DNA from: an uncultured Actinomycetales bacterium
GTDB taxonomy: Bacteria > Actinomycetota > Actinomycetes > S36-B12
Length of the DNA stretch: 64,000 nt
Direction of reading: 5' to 3'
Assembly (NCBI GenBank): GCA_913063435.1
Contig: CAJXYI010000004.1
Coordinates: 3-64,002 of the forward strand
Each line of letters starts with the position of its first letter. The first letter of the stretch is position 1. The notes beneath the pieces are model-generated. The model searched no databases and was not told where the DNA came from. It saw nothing but the letters and a program-made list of their open reading frames with translations. The translations under genes and the position numbers were made by a program. This document shows, piece after piece, positions 28,945-38,565 of the stretch.

Positions 28945-29927
28945 CGGCCCCGAGCACCCAGCGGCTGGCCCGGCTGCTGTCACTCGTGCCGTGGTTGACA
29001 CGTCATGAAGGGGTGACGATCACCGAGGCCGCAGAACACTTCGGCGTCACCCCGGAGCAGTTGGAGAAGGACCTGTGGCTCGTCGTGTGCTGCGGACTAC
29101 CCGGTCACGGACCCGAACAACTCATCGACATCCAATTCTGGGATGACGATGGCCATATCGATGTGGTGGATCCGCAGACTCTCGTCGCCCCCGCCCGATT
29201 GACCGTCGAGGAAGCCGCAACATTGCAGGTCGGCCTATCGATTCTGCAGACCCTGGCCACCGGTGACGAACACGAGCTGATCGAGGCCACGATGACGGCG
29301 TTGACGGAAGCGACAGCATCGCTGGTGCCGACCGCACCGGGCCTGGCGAGCACACATGTCGGGATGCCGATACGTACCGATCTCGATAGCGACCCCGCGA
29401 TCATGTCGCTGGTCGCCGGGGCGGCACGCAAGGGTCAACCATTGGAGATCGAGTACTACGCCGCGACGTCGGACACGGTGTCTCGACGGTTGATCTGGCC
29501 GCAGCGGATCATCGTCTCCAACACCGTCGCCTATGTGGAGGCCTGGTGTGGCAGTGCCGGAGATATCCGAACGTTTCGCACCGATCGTATTCGCAGTGCA
29601 CGAACCGTCGACGATGACGGATCAGCCGGGACGGCGACCCTCGAATCGAGGAGGGTCGAATCACGATCCGGTACCGAGGCACTCGAGGTCGATGTCCGCA
29701 TTCACCGCAACGCACGCTGGTTGGTCGACTCCTATGACTTCACCGTCTCCGGCGATAGCGATCTCGGCTCAGCGTGGGTGAGTGCCTCGATCAGCGTGTG
29801 GAACCAGCGATGGTTCATCCGGTTGGTGCTGAGCATGGGTGGCGACCTGGTCGTGGTCGCCCCCCAGGTCCTGCGCGATGCCGTCCGTACCGCGGCCCAG
29901 GAGGGGATAAGGGCAAACGCCGGGTAA
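28941..29927 (+). CDS. pafC: HTH/WYL-domain transcriptional regulator PafC
   Basis: Paralogue of the preceding gene (RLARLLSLVPWL...). GTGA overlap with pafB. Position before tatA as in other actinobacteria. Confidence 0.8.
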   Translation: MTAPSTQRLARLLSLVPWLTRHEGVTITEAAEHFGVTPEQLEKDLWLVVCCGLPGHGPEQLIDIQFWDDDGHIDVVDPQTLVAPARLTVEEAATLQVGLSILQTLATGDEHELIEATMTALTEATASLVPTAPGLASTHVGMPIRTDLDSDPAIMSLVAGAARKGQPLEIEYYAATSDTVSRRLIWPQRIIVSNTVAYVEAWCGSAGDIRTFRTDRIRSARTVDDDGSAGTATLESRRVESRSGTEALEVDVRIHRNARWLVDSYDFTVSGDSDLGSAWVSASISVWNQRWFIRLVLSMGGDLVVVAPQVLRDAVRTAAQEGIRANAG

Positions 29928-30060
29928 AGGGCTGCTGACATCGCAAACGCCGGGCAACGGGCCGCCGATTGGCCAGCGTTTGTGAACTCAGCGACCGATT
30001 AGCCAGCGTGTGGGACCAGCGATGGTTCATCCGGTTGGTGCTGAGCATGGGTGGCGACCT
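29792..30060 (+). repeat. 57-bp direct repeat: 3' part of pafC (29792-29848) duplicated in the pafC-tatA spacer (30004-30060)
   Basis: The two copies differ at one base (A29802 versus G30014). The ghost copy encodes [19 protein letters not shown] versus Paf[20 protein letters not shown]. Shorter degenerate repeats lie in between. Confidence 0.9.
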
Positions 30061-30275
30061 CGAAGGCACGGAAACGTCCGAATGGCGGACGGAAACTGGG
30101 GGCATTGTCCGACGCTCCCTCACCGCCGTTGACGAGTCCCGGACCACCGACTAGGCCTACACCGCTCTCAAGCGAGGGCGGCCGAGGCGACGAAAGACCC
30201 CTTCGTGGCGCGCGGAAGGGGGGGAGAGGGCTAGCATGGGTCCACCCGCAAGCTATGACGCGAAAGGCTGCGCCC

Positions 30276-30560
30276 ATGCCGTTCAACATGAAGCCCTGGG
30301 AATTTCTCCTCATCGTCGCGCTGATCCTGCTGCTGTTCGGCGCCAAGCGTCTTCCGGATGCAGCCCGTGGCCTCGGTCGGTCGCTGCGCATCTTCAAGGC
30401 GGAGACCAAGGCCATGCACGATGATGATGCCGGCCCCGGTGACGCCGGCGAGACCAGCGCACCTGCTGCACCCCCGGCCATCAGCCAGAACACCGCCGCG
30501 AGCGCCCCCGAGCAGCAGCAGCCGTCGACCACGCCAGCACCTGAGCGCACCGAGACCTAG
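30276..30560 (+). CDS. tatA: twin-arginine translocase subunit TatA
   Basis: [43 protein letters not shown] is the canonical TatA TM-plus-amphipathic helix. The start was chosen at ATG 30276 (GAAAGG 8 nt upstream). Confidence 0.9.
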   Translation: MPFNMKPWEFLLIVALILLLFGAKRLPDAARGLGRSLRIFKAETKAMHDDDAGPGDAGETSAPAAPPAISQNTAASAPEQQQPSTTPAPERTET

Positions 30561-30563
30561 GCC

Positions 30564-31451
30564 GTGGCTGCTCCACCCCAGGCCGAATCACGGGGAGGGC
30601 GTCGGCGGGGGCGGTCTTCAAAGCGCAGTTCCGATGCTTCGATGCCGCTCGTCGAGCATCTTCGCGAGTTGCGCACGCGATTGGTCAAGTCGGGCTTGGC
30701 CATCGTCGCCGGAATGGTGGTGGGATGGATCTACTACACCCAACTCTTCGCATTGCTGGCCCGGCCCTTCGAGAACGTCGTTGCGGCCGCGCAGGCGGAG
30801 GGACGAAACGTCACCCTCGCGTTGACCGGAGTCGCCGATCCGTTCGTTCTCCAGGTGCAGATCGCCGCGTTGGCCGGACTGCTGCTTGCGTCGCCGGTCT
30901 GGCTCTATCAACTGTGGCGGTTCGTGACCCCGGGGTTGCATCGGCATGAGCGTCGCTGGGCGATCGGCTTCGTCGTCATCGCGGTCCCGCTGTTCGCAGG
31001 GGGAGTGTTCCTGGCCTACACCGTCTTGCCCTATGGCTTGGAGATTCTGTTCGGATTCACCCCGGACAATGTCGAGAACATCGTCTCCGTCGACCGTTAC
31101 CTGTCCTTCTTCATCCGCATCGTCTTGGTCTTCGGTGTCGGCTTCCTTCTGCCGCTGATGCTGGTGCTGCTCAACTTCGCCGGGGTTCTCACCGGGCAAC
31201 GCCTGCTGTCGTGGTGGCGCTGGCTTATCTTCGGCGTCTTCGTCTTCGCCGCGGTGGCGACCCCCACCGGTGACCCGATCAACCTGGCGCTTCTGGCCGG
31301 TCCCATGCTCATCCTGATCGTGCTAGCCGTGGGTATTGCCCTGCTCAATGACCGACGACGAGCCCGCAGGGCCGGTGCGGAAGGTCGATACGACGCGTGG
31401 GATGACGACGAGGCCTCGCCACTGGACACGTCACCCGATAGTCGGCCGTGA
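30564..31451 (+). CDS. tatC: twin-arginine translocase subunit TatC
   Basis: MPLVEHLRELRTRL motif and six predicted TM segments. Confidence 0.9.
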   Translation: MAAPPQAESRGGRRRGRSSKRSSDASMPLVEHLRELRTRLVKSGLAIVAGMVVGWIYYTQLFALLARPFENVVAAAQAEGRNVTLALTGVADPFVLQVQIAALAGLLLASPVWLYQLWRFVTPGLHRHERRWAIGFVVIAVPLFAGGVFLAYTVLPYGLEILFGFTPDNVENIVSVDRYLSFFIRIVLVFGVGFLLPLMLVLLNFAGVLTGQRLLSWWRWLIFGVFVFAAVATPTGDPINLALLAGPMLILIVLAVGIALLNDRRRARRAGAEGRYDAWDDDEASPLDTSPDSRP

Positions 31452-32380
31452 GTGAGCGCCACGCCACGGTCTTAGTGAACCGGGGCGCGGGATCAGGCCG
31501 GCGACTAGGCGAGGTCGCCACGCTGGTCAAGGAACTCACGAACCGCGGGTGGCGGGTTTCGATTCTGATTCCCGCCACACGACAGGACGTCGTCCCCTCC
31601 ATCGACCGCGCTGTGCGAGCAGGTACCCACTGCCTGATCATCGCGGGAGGTGACGGAACATGGCATGAGGCCATTCAGGCGCAACACATCCTGTGTCCGA
31701 CAACTGATGACACAGCGGTCGACACCCCTGGTCATGCGATCCCTCTTGCGCTGTTGCCGATCGGAACGGGGGACGATAACGCTCGCAGCTTTCACCTGCC
31801 GATCGCAGACCCGAAAGCCACAGCCCATCTCGTGGATATCCAGGCGACACGAACAATCGATCTCGGCCTCGTACACACAGCTGATAGCAGCCGTTGGTTC
31901 AGTGGCGTACTCTCAGTCGGATTCGACAGCCAGGTCAATGCTCGGGCTAACGGCTATCGGCGCCTACCCGGGACCTTTCGCTACCTGGTGGCGGCGGCAC
32001 GTGAACTCGCGCACTTCTCGCCCTCGGACTATCTCGTCACCACATCGTCAGGGTCACAACGTTTCACCTCGATGCTCATCGCTATCGGCAATGGCGGCTA
32101 CTACGGGGGCGGCATGGCGATCTGCCCGGATTTCTCCCACACAGATGGTCAACTCGATGTCACGATCATCGGCGCCCTGCCACGATCGCGATTCGTCGCC
32201 ACACTGCCTTCGGTCTATTCGGGAGGGCACATCCGCCATCAGGCCGTGACGGTACTTCGCAGCGATGTGATCGAGATCGAGGCGGAGGGTCAGCTCGTCT
32301 TCGCCGATGGTGAACCCGTAGGGACTGTGCCTATTCGAGTCGAGTGCGTGCCTCACGCGCTGGCGATCATCGCCCCGTAG
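31448..32380 (+). CDS. diacylglycerol/lipid kinase family protein (YegS/BmrU type)
   Basis: GGDGT motif (IIAGGDGTWHE) and LPIGTGDD/N motif. GTGA overlap with tatC. Confidence 0.8.
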   Translation: MSERHATVLVNRGAGSGRRLGEVATLVKELTNRGWRVSILIPATRQDVVPSIDRAVRAGTHCLIIAGGDGTWHEAIQAQHILCPTTDDTAVDTPGHAIPLALLPIGTGDDNARSFHLPIADPKATAHLVDIQATRTIDLGLVHTADSSRWFSGVLSVGFDSQVNARANGYRRLPGTFRYLVAAARELAHFSPSDYLVTTSSGSQRFTSMLIAIGNGGYYGGGMAICPDFSHTDGQLDVTIIGALPRSRFVATLPSVYSGGHIRHQAVTVLRSDVIEIEAEGQLVFADGEPVGTVPIRVECVPHALAIIAP

Positions 32381-32389
32381 GCTGCGGCC

Positions 32390-35089
32390 ATGGCCTCTCC
32401 GGCGCAGCGTTATGCAGCCGCCCGTCGCCGGGGAACCGGTGGACTGGGTGATTTCGCCTCCGGTTACCCCTTCGGACTGGACGAGTTCCAACTCTCGGCA
32501 TGTCACAGCCTCGCCCAGGGCAATAGCGTTCTCGTGGCCGCACCCACCGGTGCCGGCAAGACTGTCGTGGGGGAGTTTGCCGTCCACCTGGCCCTCCGCG
32601 CGGGAGTCAAGTGTTTCTACACCGCTCCCATCAAGGCTCTGTCGAACCAGAAGTTCCACGATCTCGTTGCTCGCTACGGGGCAGACACCGTGGGTTTGCT
32701 CACCGGCGACAACAGCATCAACGGTGATGCTCCGATCGTCGTCATGACCACGGAGGTCCTGCGGAACATGATCTATGCCGGTTCCGTCACGTTGGACAAA
32801 CTGGGCTATGTCGTCATGGATGAGGTGCACTACCTCGCCGATCGCTTCCGCGGCGCGGTCTGGGAGGAGGTGATCATCTCACTGCCGAGAACGGTGCGGC
32901 TGGCTGCCCTATCTGCCACGGTTAGCAATGCGGAGGAATTCGGCGAATGGATCGCCGCCGTTCGAGGCGACACGGAGGTGATCGTCGACGAGATCAGACC
33001 GGTGCCCCTATGGCAACAGGTGATGGTGGGGAATCGACTCTACGATCTGTTCGTCGACGATGGTCAAACCGTGGTCAATCCCGAACTCGTCCGTCTGGCC
33101 CGCGACAGCGAGCGTTGGGAGCGTCATCGTGGCGGCGATCGACGACGCGGACGAAGCTCCCGCAAGGACCGACGGACTCCCTGGCGCAGCGACGTCGTGG
33201 CGAAACTCGACTCCGATGGTTTGCTCCCGGGTATCACGTTCATCTTCTCCAGAATCGGATGCGACGCGGCGGTTCGTCAGTGCCTGACGTCGGGTCTCTC
33301 GCTTACCCAGTCCCACGAGCGGGAACTCATCCGCCGCATCGTCGAGGCACGCACCATCGACCTACCCCATGAGGATCTCGCGATTCTGGGTTATGACGAT
33401 TGGGTCGATGGGCTGATGAAGGGTGTGGCTGCGCATCACGCAGGGATGATTCCCCGGTTCAAAGAGGTCGTCGAGGAGTTATTCCAGCAGGGGCTCGTTC
33501 GAATGGTGTTCGCAACGGAGACTCTCGCGCTGGGCATCAATATGCCGGCCCGGACTGTCGTCCTGGAACGGCTGGTCAAGTACAACGGTGAGGCCCATGT
33601 GGACATCACTGCGGGGGAGTACACGCAGTTGACGGGTCGAGCCGGTCGACGCGGTATCGATGTCGAGGGCCATGCGGTCGTGGTGTGGCATCCGGATCTC
33701 GATCCCGCAAGCCTGGCCGGTCTGGCATCGACACGCACCTACCCGCTTCGGTCGAGTTTCCGGCCGTCCTACACGATGGCCGTCGGCCTAGTGGCTCGAA
33801 TGGGCAAGAGTCGTGCTCGTGACCTATTGGAGACCTCCTTCGCCCAATTCCAGGCTGATCGTTCCGTTGTGGGGCTTGCCGCAGCCATCCGCAAAGAGCA
33901 GGCCACGGCACAGGGATACCTATCCGGGCTGTCATGCCATCTCGGTGATTTCGAGGAGTATTCCCGGCTGCGCCACGAGTTGTCACAGCGCGAGAAATCC
34001 ATCAATCGTGAGCGCGGTCAACAGCATCGTCTGGATGTCGAGCAGGCGCTGCGATCATTGCGAATCGGGGATGTGATCACCGTCCGCAGCGGACGGCGGC
34101 CCGGGCCCGCGGTGGTCGTCGCCGTGGACCACCCCACCCAGGGCCCCGCTCACCCCACCGTGGTGACACTGGACCGTCGCATGCGCCGTATTTCCGCTGC
34201 TGAATTCTCCGATCCCATCGTGGTCCTCGACCGGTTGAAGGTTCCGAGGAGCTTCTCTTCGCGGTCAGCTGTCGACCGCCGAAATCTTGCTGCTGCATTG
34301 CGTGACCGGACCCGCTCCACGGGCCACACCACATCGAAGCGTCGCCCTCGGGCGGAAGACGACGAGATCCTCCGGCTGCGCGAAGCGGTGCGTCGACATC
34401 CGTGTCATGGCTGCGATGACAGGGAGCAGCACGCTCGAATCGCGGAGAAGTACTGGCGTCTGCAACGTCAGATCGAGGGCATGGAACGCACCATCGGAGA
34501 CAGGACGCACACGGTCGCGCGCCAATTCGATCACGTCTGCGATGTTCTTACCGAGTTGGGCTATCTCACCGGTACCGGCGATAGTACGCGAGTGACGGCG
34601 GAAGGCAGTCTGCTCGCTGGCCTCTATACCGAGAAGGATCTGCTGGTCTCCGAGTCATTACGCCGGGGACTGTGGTCGGATCTGGACGCCATCGGACTCG
34701 CAGCCGTGGTCAGCGGAATGCTGTTCGAGTCACGGCAGTCGGCAGAAGCCCCTCGGTTGCCCAGCGGTCCGATCCGCAGAGCAGTGCATGACACGGCAGA
34801 TCTGTGGGCCACGCTTCACGCGATGGAGAAGGCGCATGGGCTTTGGTTCCTTCGCGAACCGGATTGGGGATTGGTCGACGTCCTCTTCCGATGGGCTCGC
34901 GGTTCGAGCCTGACATCGGTCCTGACAGACAGTGAACTCAGCGCCGGCGATTTCGTTCGATGGACCAAGCAGGTCATCGACCTGCTCGGTCAGATCGCCG
35001 ACGCCGCACCTGAGCCCATCGCGCAACGCGCACGTGAAGCAGCAGGCCTCATCGATCGCGGCGTGATCCGGTATTCCTCAGCCCCCTGA
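32390..35089 (+). CDS. helY: Ski2-like DEAD/DEAH-box RNA helicase
   Basis: Motif I AAPTGAGKT, motif II MDEVHY, and a C-terminal DSHCT-like region. 899 aa, with position after tatC as remembered in mycobacteria. Confidence 0.9.
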   Translation: MASPAQRYAAARRRGTGGLGDFASGYPFGLDEFQLSACHSLAQGNSVLVAAPTGAGKTVVGEFAVHLALRAGVKCFYTAPIKALSNQKFHDLVARYGADTVGLLTGDNSINGDAPIVVMTTEVLRNMIYAGSVTLDKLGYVVMDEVHYLADRFRGAVWEEVIISLPRTVRLAALSATVSNAEEFGEWIAAVRGDTEVIVDEIRPVPLWQQVMVGNRLYDLFVDDGQTVVNPELVRLARDSERWERHRGGDRRRGRSSRKDRRTPWRSDVVAKLDSDGLLPGITFIFSRIGCDAAVRQCLTSGLSLTQSHERELIRRIVEARTIDLPHEDLAILGYDDWVDGLMKGVAAHHAGMIPRFKEVVEELFQQGLVRMVFATETLALGINMPARTVVLERLVKYNGEAHVDITAGEYTQLTGRAGRRGIDVEGHAVVVWHPDLDPASLAGLASTRTYPLRSSFRPSYTMAVGLVARMGKSRARDLLETSFAQFQADRSVVGLAAAIRKEQATAQGYLSGLSCHLGDFEEYSRLRHELSQREKSINRERGQQHRLDVEQALRSLRIGDVITVRSGRRPGPAVVVAVDHPTQGPAHPTVVTLDRRMRRISAAEFSDPIVVLDRLKVPRSFSSRSAVDRRNLAAALRDRTRSTGHTTSKRRPRAEDDEILRLREAVRRHPCHGCDDREQHARIAEKYWRLQRQIEGMERTIGDRTHTVARQFDHVCDVLTELGYLTGTGDSTRVTAEGSLLAGLYTEKDLLVSESLRRGLWSDLDAIGLAAVVSGMLFESRQSAEAPRLPSGPIRRAVHDTADLWATLHAMEKAHGLWFLREPDWGLVDVLFRWARGSSLTSVLTDSELSAGDFVRWTKQVIDLLGQIADAAPEPIAQRAREAAGLIDRGVIRYSSAP

Positions 35090-35119
35090 TCGTCACGGCG
35101 CCTCGACCGATCCTGACGC

Positions 35120-35136
35120 GGGGTGATCGCCACCCC
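35120..35136. terminator. short GC hairpin between convergent helY and exonuclease genes
   Basis: GGGGTG-atcgc-CACCCC, a 6-bp stem in the 47-nt convergent spacer. No U-tract on either side. Confidence 0.3.
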
Positions 35137-36090
35137 TCACATTCCTCGCGGTTCGTGACCCCACGCTGCCAGCACCCGATCGACTGACGCGACCACCCCG
35201 AGATCATCACCGACCTCACGTACCTGGTCCGCCTCGATGCTCGGCCTCGGAGGCAGATCTGGAACAGCTGGTCGGTCACCGAGCACGGTGATGGCCATGC
35301 TCGCCTTGATGACCTCCTCATTCTCGACGATGGCCGCTGCGATACGCCCAGTCATGGGTGGTAGGCACGGTTGCGCAGCAGCGTCGATCAGGGCTTGCAC
35401 ATCCGGGAATGCGTGCACGAGCGCCACAGCCGTTTTCGCACCGATCCCACGCACCCCGGGCAGCCCATCTGATGGGTCGCCTCGCAGGACGGCCATCAAA
35501 GGATAGGCCTCGGGTGCCACCAGGAAGCGTTCTCGCACTCCCTCGGGATCGAGTGCGACCCAGGGCCGGCCGCCCCGGGACTTCGACGTTCCACCGGTGT
35601 AGAGCATCGTCGTTCGATCATCGACGAGTTGAACGAGATCGCGATCCCCGGATGCGATGTCCACCGTGTCCCCGGTCCGGACATGACGCCGCGCCAATGC
35701 GGCGATGACATCATCGGCCTCGCATTCGGGCGCACCGATCACGTCTATTCCCAGCAATACTGACAGACGTGCGATCCACGGAACCTGTGGAGCGAGCGTG
35801 TCCGGGACGACCTCCGCATCATCACCCGCCCCGGTCGATGACCCATCGATCGTGTCGAGTCGATGAGCCTTATAGCCGGGCACCAGATCGACTCGCCACT
35901 GCGGACGCCAGTCGTCATCCCAGCAGGCTACGACACGATCGGGTTCGCGGGCCTCGATGAGGCGGGCGAGGGTATCGAGGAATCCACGGATGGCATTGAC
36001 CGGCTGGCCCGCGGGTCCGACGATCGAATCGGGAAGGGCGTGATACGCCCGCCAGTACAGGGAGGCTGAGTCCAGCAGAAGCAGGTGCAC
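35137..36090 (-). CDS. 5'-3' exonuclease / flap endonuclease family protein
   Basis: MHLLLLDSASLYWRAYHALP N-terminus, acidic metal-binding clusters, and an H3TH motif (GLPGVRGIGAKTA). Confidence 0.8.
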   Translation of the reverse strand: MHLLLLDSASLYWRAYHALPDSIVGPAGQPVNAIRGFLDTLARLIEAREPDRVVACWDDDWRPQWRVDLVPGYKAHRLDTIDGSSTGAGDDAEVVPDTLAPQVPWIARLSVLLGIDVIGAPECEADDVIAALARRHVRTGDTVDIASGDRDLVQLVDDRTTMLYTGGTSKSRGGRPWVALDPEGVRERFLVAPEAYPLMAVLRGDPSDGLPGVRGIGAKTAVALVHAFPDVQALIDAAAQPCLPPMTGRIAAAIVENEEVIKASMAITVLGDRPAVPDLPPRPSIEADQVREVGDDLGVVASVDRVLAAWGHEPRGM

Positions 36091-36211
36091 AGCCCTAAGG
36101 GTGCCCTATGAGCGCGTGCTCGTGGACGAGGCTGTCACCCACATGGGTCCTCTTGGCTTCCCCAGGTGCCCACGCGCGGCACAGAAGGGTCCACGGCGCT
36201 ACCGTGGGACG

Positions 36212-37363
36212 ATGGAGATGCGCAGCGACGATCTGAGGATGCGATTGGCCCAGGCTGGGACTGCTGCTGCGGCTGCCGGGCTCGACGCCATCGTGGTGAC
36301 ACCGGGGGCGAACCTGGTCTATTTGGTGGGCTACGACGCCGTCCCCTTGGAGCGCATCACCGCACTCGTGATCCCCGCCGTGGGCGAGGGCTTCCTGCTG
36401 GTGCCACGCCTGGAGAAACTCGCAGCCCTGGCGAGTCCGGTCGGTGAACTCGGCATCCCGGTCGTCACCTGGGATGAAGCGGACGATCCCTATCGGATGA
36501 TCGCCGACCGGCTGGGCGGCATCGACACGATCGGTATCGCCGACGACATGACGGCTGACAAGGTCCTGCGTTTGCGTGACGCCATGCCACAGGTCGAACA
36601 GAGATTGGCCGGCGCCGCCCTCGATCGATTACGCCAGCGGAAGTCACCCGCGGAGATCGAGGCGCTGAGAGAGGCGGCTGCTGCGATCGACCGGGTACAC
36701 GCCCGCATTCCACAACTGCTGCAGGTCGGTCGAACCGAAGTGGAGGTGGGCGCGGATATCGATCGAATGATTCGTGAAGAAGGACATGCCATGGTGGATT
36801 TCATCATCGTGGCGTCGGGGTCGAATGCGGCCAGTCCGCACCACGCCGTGAGCGATCGCGTGATTCAAGCCGGTGAGCCGATCGTGATCGATATCGGCGG
36901 GACCATGCCGTCGGGATACTGCAGTGATTGCACCCGGACGTACTCCATCGAGCAGCCGCCACAGGAGTATCTTGATGCCTACGATCGACTGCTCAAGGCG
37001 CAGCAGATCGCAGTCGATCATGTGCGGCCGGGGGTCACTGCGGGTTCGATCGATTCACGGGCTCGCGAGCATCTCGGCGATCTCGCCGAGTTCTTCATCC
37101 ACCGCACCGGCCACGGTATCGGCCTCGTCACCCATGAGGAGCCGTACATCATGGATTCGAGTGACGTGCTGATCGAGCCGGGTATGGCGTTCAGTGTCGA
37201 GCCCGGCTTCTATGTCGAGAATCTGTGGGGAGCACGCATCGAGGACATCGTGGTGTGCACCGATGACGGTGTCGAATCCTTGAATACCCGACCCCGGGAG
37301 CTGTGTATCGTTCCCGCAGGCGCAGGCGCAGGCACAGGCGCAGGGTCGGGGGAGCAGACGTGA
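36212..37363 (+). CDS. M24 family Xaa-Pro dipeptidase/aminopeptidase
   Basis: Creatinase-like N-domain plus a pita-bread domain with HRTGHGIGL, VEPG and ED metal ligands. ATG 36212 is preferred over GTG 36101. Confidence 0.85.
   Translation: MEMRSDDLRMRLAQAGTAAAAAGLDAIVVTPGANLVYLVGYDAVPLERITALVIPAVGEGFLLVPRLEKLAALASPVGELGIPVVTWDEADDPYRMIADRLGGIDTIGIADDMTADKVLRLRDAMPQVEQRLAGAALDRLRQRKSPAEIEALREAAAAIDRVHARIPQLLQVGRTEVEVGADIDRMIREEGHAMVDFIIVASGSNAASPHHAVSDRVIQAGEPIVIDIGGTMPSGYCSDCTRTYSIEQPPQEYLDAYDRLLKAQQIAVDHVRPGVTAGSIDSRAREHLGDLAEFFIHRTGHGIGLVTHEEPYIMDSSDVLIEPGMAFSVEPGFYVENLWGARIEDIVVCTDDGVESLNTRPRELCIVPAGAGAGTGAGSGEQT
37316..37345 (+). repeat. hexanucleotide tract (GCAGGC)3-ACAGGC-GCAGGG
   Basis: Read directly. 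It encodes the AGAGAGTGAG tail of the M24 peptidase, 15 nt before the GTGA junction with the next gene. Confidence 0.9.
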
Positions 37364-38565
37364 CGGTCTCGTCTCTCCCTGAGATGGCCGACGCGATCAC
37401 CGATCCTCGGGTGTCAACGGTCGATCGCGCAGCCGACAGTGACGAGATTCGAGCTCTGTTCGACCTCGTTCGAGAACTCAACCGGGACCTGCTCGTCCCG
37501 CGCGTGGATCAGGCGGAGGCCACGGGAAGCTTTCCGCGGGACATTCTCCACACCCTAGGTGCGGCGGGACTCATGTCCTTGGCGTATCCGGTCGAGATCG
37601 GCGGCGGCGGTCAACCCGCTTCGGTTTCGCTGCAGGTTCTCGAGGAGCTCGCTACCAGTTGGCTCAGCATCGCAGTGTCCGTCAGTGTGCACTCCCTGGC
37701 CTGTTTCCCACTCGTGCATGCCGGATCTTTGCAGCAGCGACAACGGTGGTTGGACCAGATGCTGTCGGGGGAGAGGCTGGGGGCGTACTGCCTTTCGGAG
37801 CCGGATTCGGGTTCTGACGCCGCGGCATTGACTACGCGAGCGACGCCGACGAACGGGGGCTACCGGATCAGCGGACGCAAGGCGTGGATCACACATGGGG
37901 GAGAGGCCGAGTTCTATCACGTGATGACGCGCACCGGTGGGGATGGCCCGGCCGGTATTTCCTGTTTCCTGATCGATGCAGAGACGCCGGGTTTGTCGGC
38001 TGCACCGCGCGAACGCAAGATGGGAGCCTGGGCATCCCCGACTGCAGCCATCATCCTCGATAACGTGACCGTCACCTCCGATCGGTTGATCGGCGACGAG
38101 GGCCAGGGCTTCGCCATCGCGATGGCAGGGCTCGATGCGGGCCGGCTTGGAATCGCAGCCTGCGCCGTGGGGTTAGCCCAAGCCGCACTCCAGGCCGCGG
38201 TCGCCTACGCGACCCAACGACAGCAGTTCTCCCAGCCGATCGCAGATTTTCAGGGCGTGTCGTTCCTGCTGGCTGACATGGCAACCGCCGTGGAGGCGGC
38301 GCGATCGCTGTATCTGGCGGCAGCCGATCGAGCCGATCGCGGGCTGCCATACAGCGCACAGGCCGCAATGGCGAAGCTGCTGGCCACGGATACCGCGATG
38401 AAGGTGGCCACCGACGCTATTCAGATTCTCGGGGGATACGGGTACACCCGAGATTTCCCTGTCGAGCGGTTCTTCCGTGAAGCGAAGATGCTGCAGATCG
38501 TCGAGGGGACGAATCAAATCCAGCGGATGGTGATCGGCCGACACCTCACCGGTGTTCGCCGGTGA
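37360..38565 (+). CDS. acyl-CoA dehydrogenase
   Basis: Typical ACAD blocks (GAYCLSEPDSGSDAA, KAWITHGG, and a C-terminal QILGGYGYTRDFPVERFFREAKMLQIVEGTNQIQ). The alternative start ATG 37384 is possible. Confidence 0.9.
   Translation: MTVSSLPEMADAITDPRVSTVDRAADSDEIRALFDLVRELNRDLLVPRVDQAEATGSFPRDILHTLGAAGLMSLAYPVEIGGGGQPASVSLQVLEELATSWLSIAVSVSVHSLACFPLVHAGSLQQRQRWLDQMLSGERLGAYCLSEPDSGSDAAALTTRATPTNGGYRISGRKAWITHGGEAEFYHVMTRTGGDGPAGISCFLIDAETPGLSAAPRERKMGAWASPTAAIILDNVTVTSDRLIGDEGQGFAIAMAGLDAGRLGIAACAVGLAQAALQAAVAYATQRQQFSQPIADFQGVSFLLADMATAVEAARSLYLAAADRADRGLPYSAQAAMAKLLATDTAMKVATDAIQILGGYGYTRDFPVERFFREAKMLQIVEGTNQIQRMVIGRHLTGVRR

Noticed and set aside
29969-30154. 61-aa ORF in the pafC-tatA spacer
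   Set aside because: It starts at a TTG, and its only protein-like part is the duplicated pafC fragment. It is treated as a ghost of the duplication rather than a gene.
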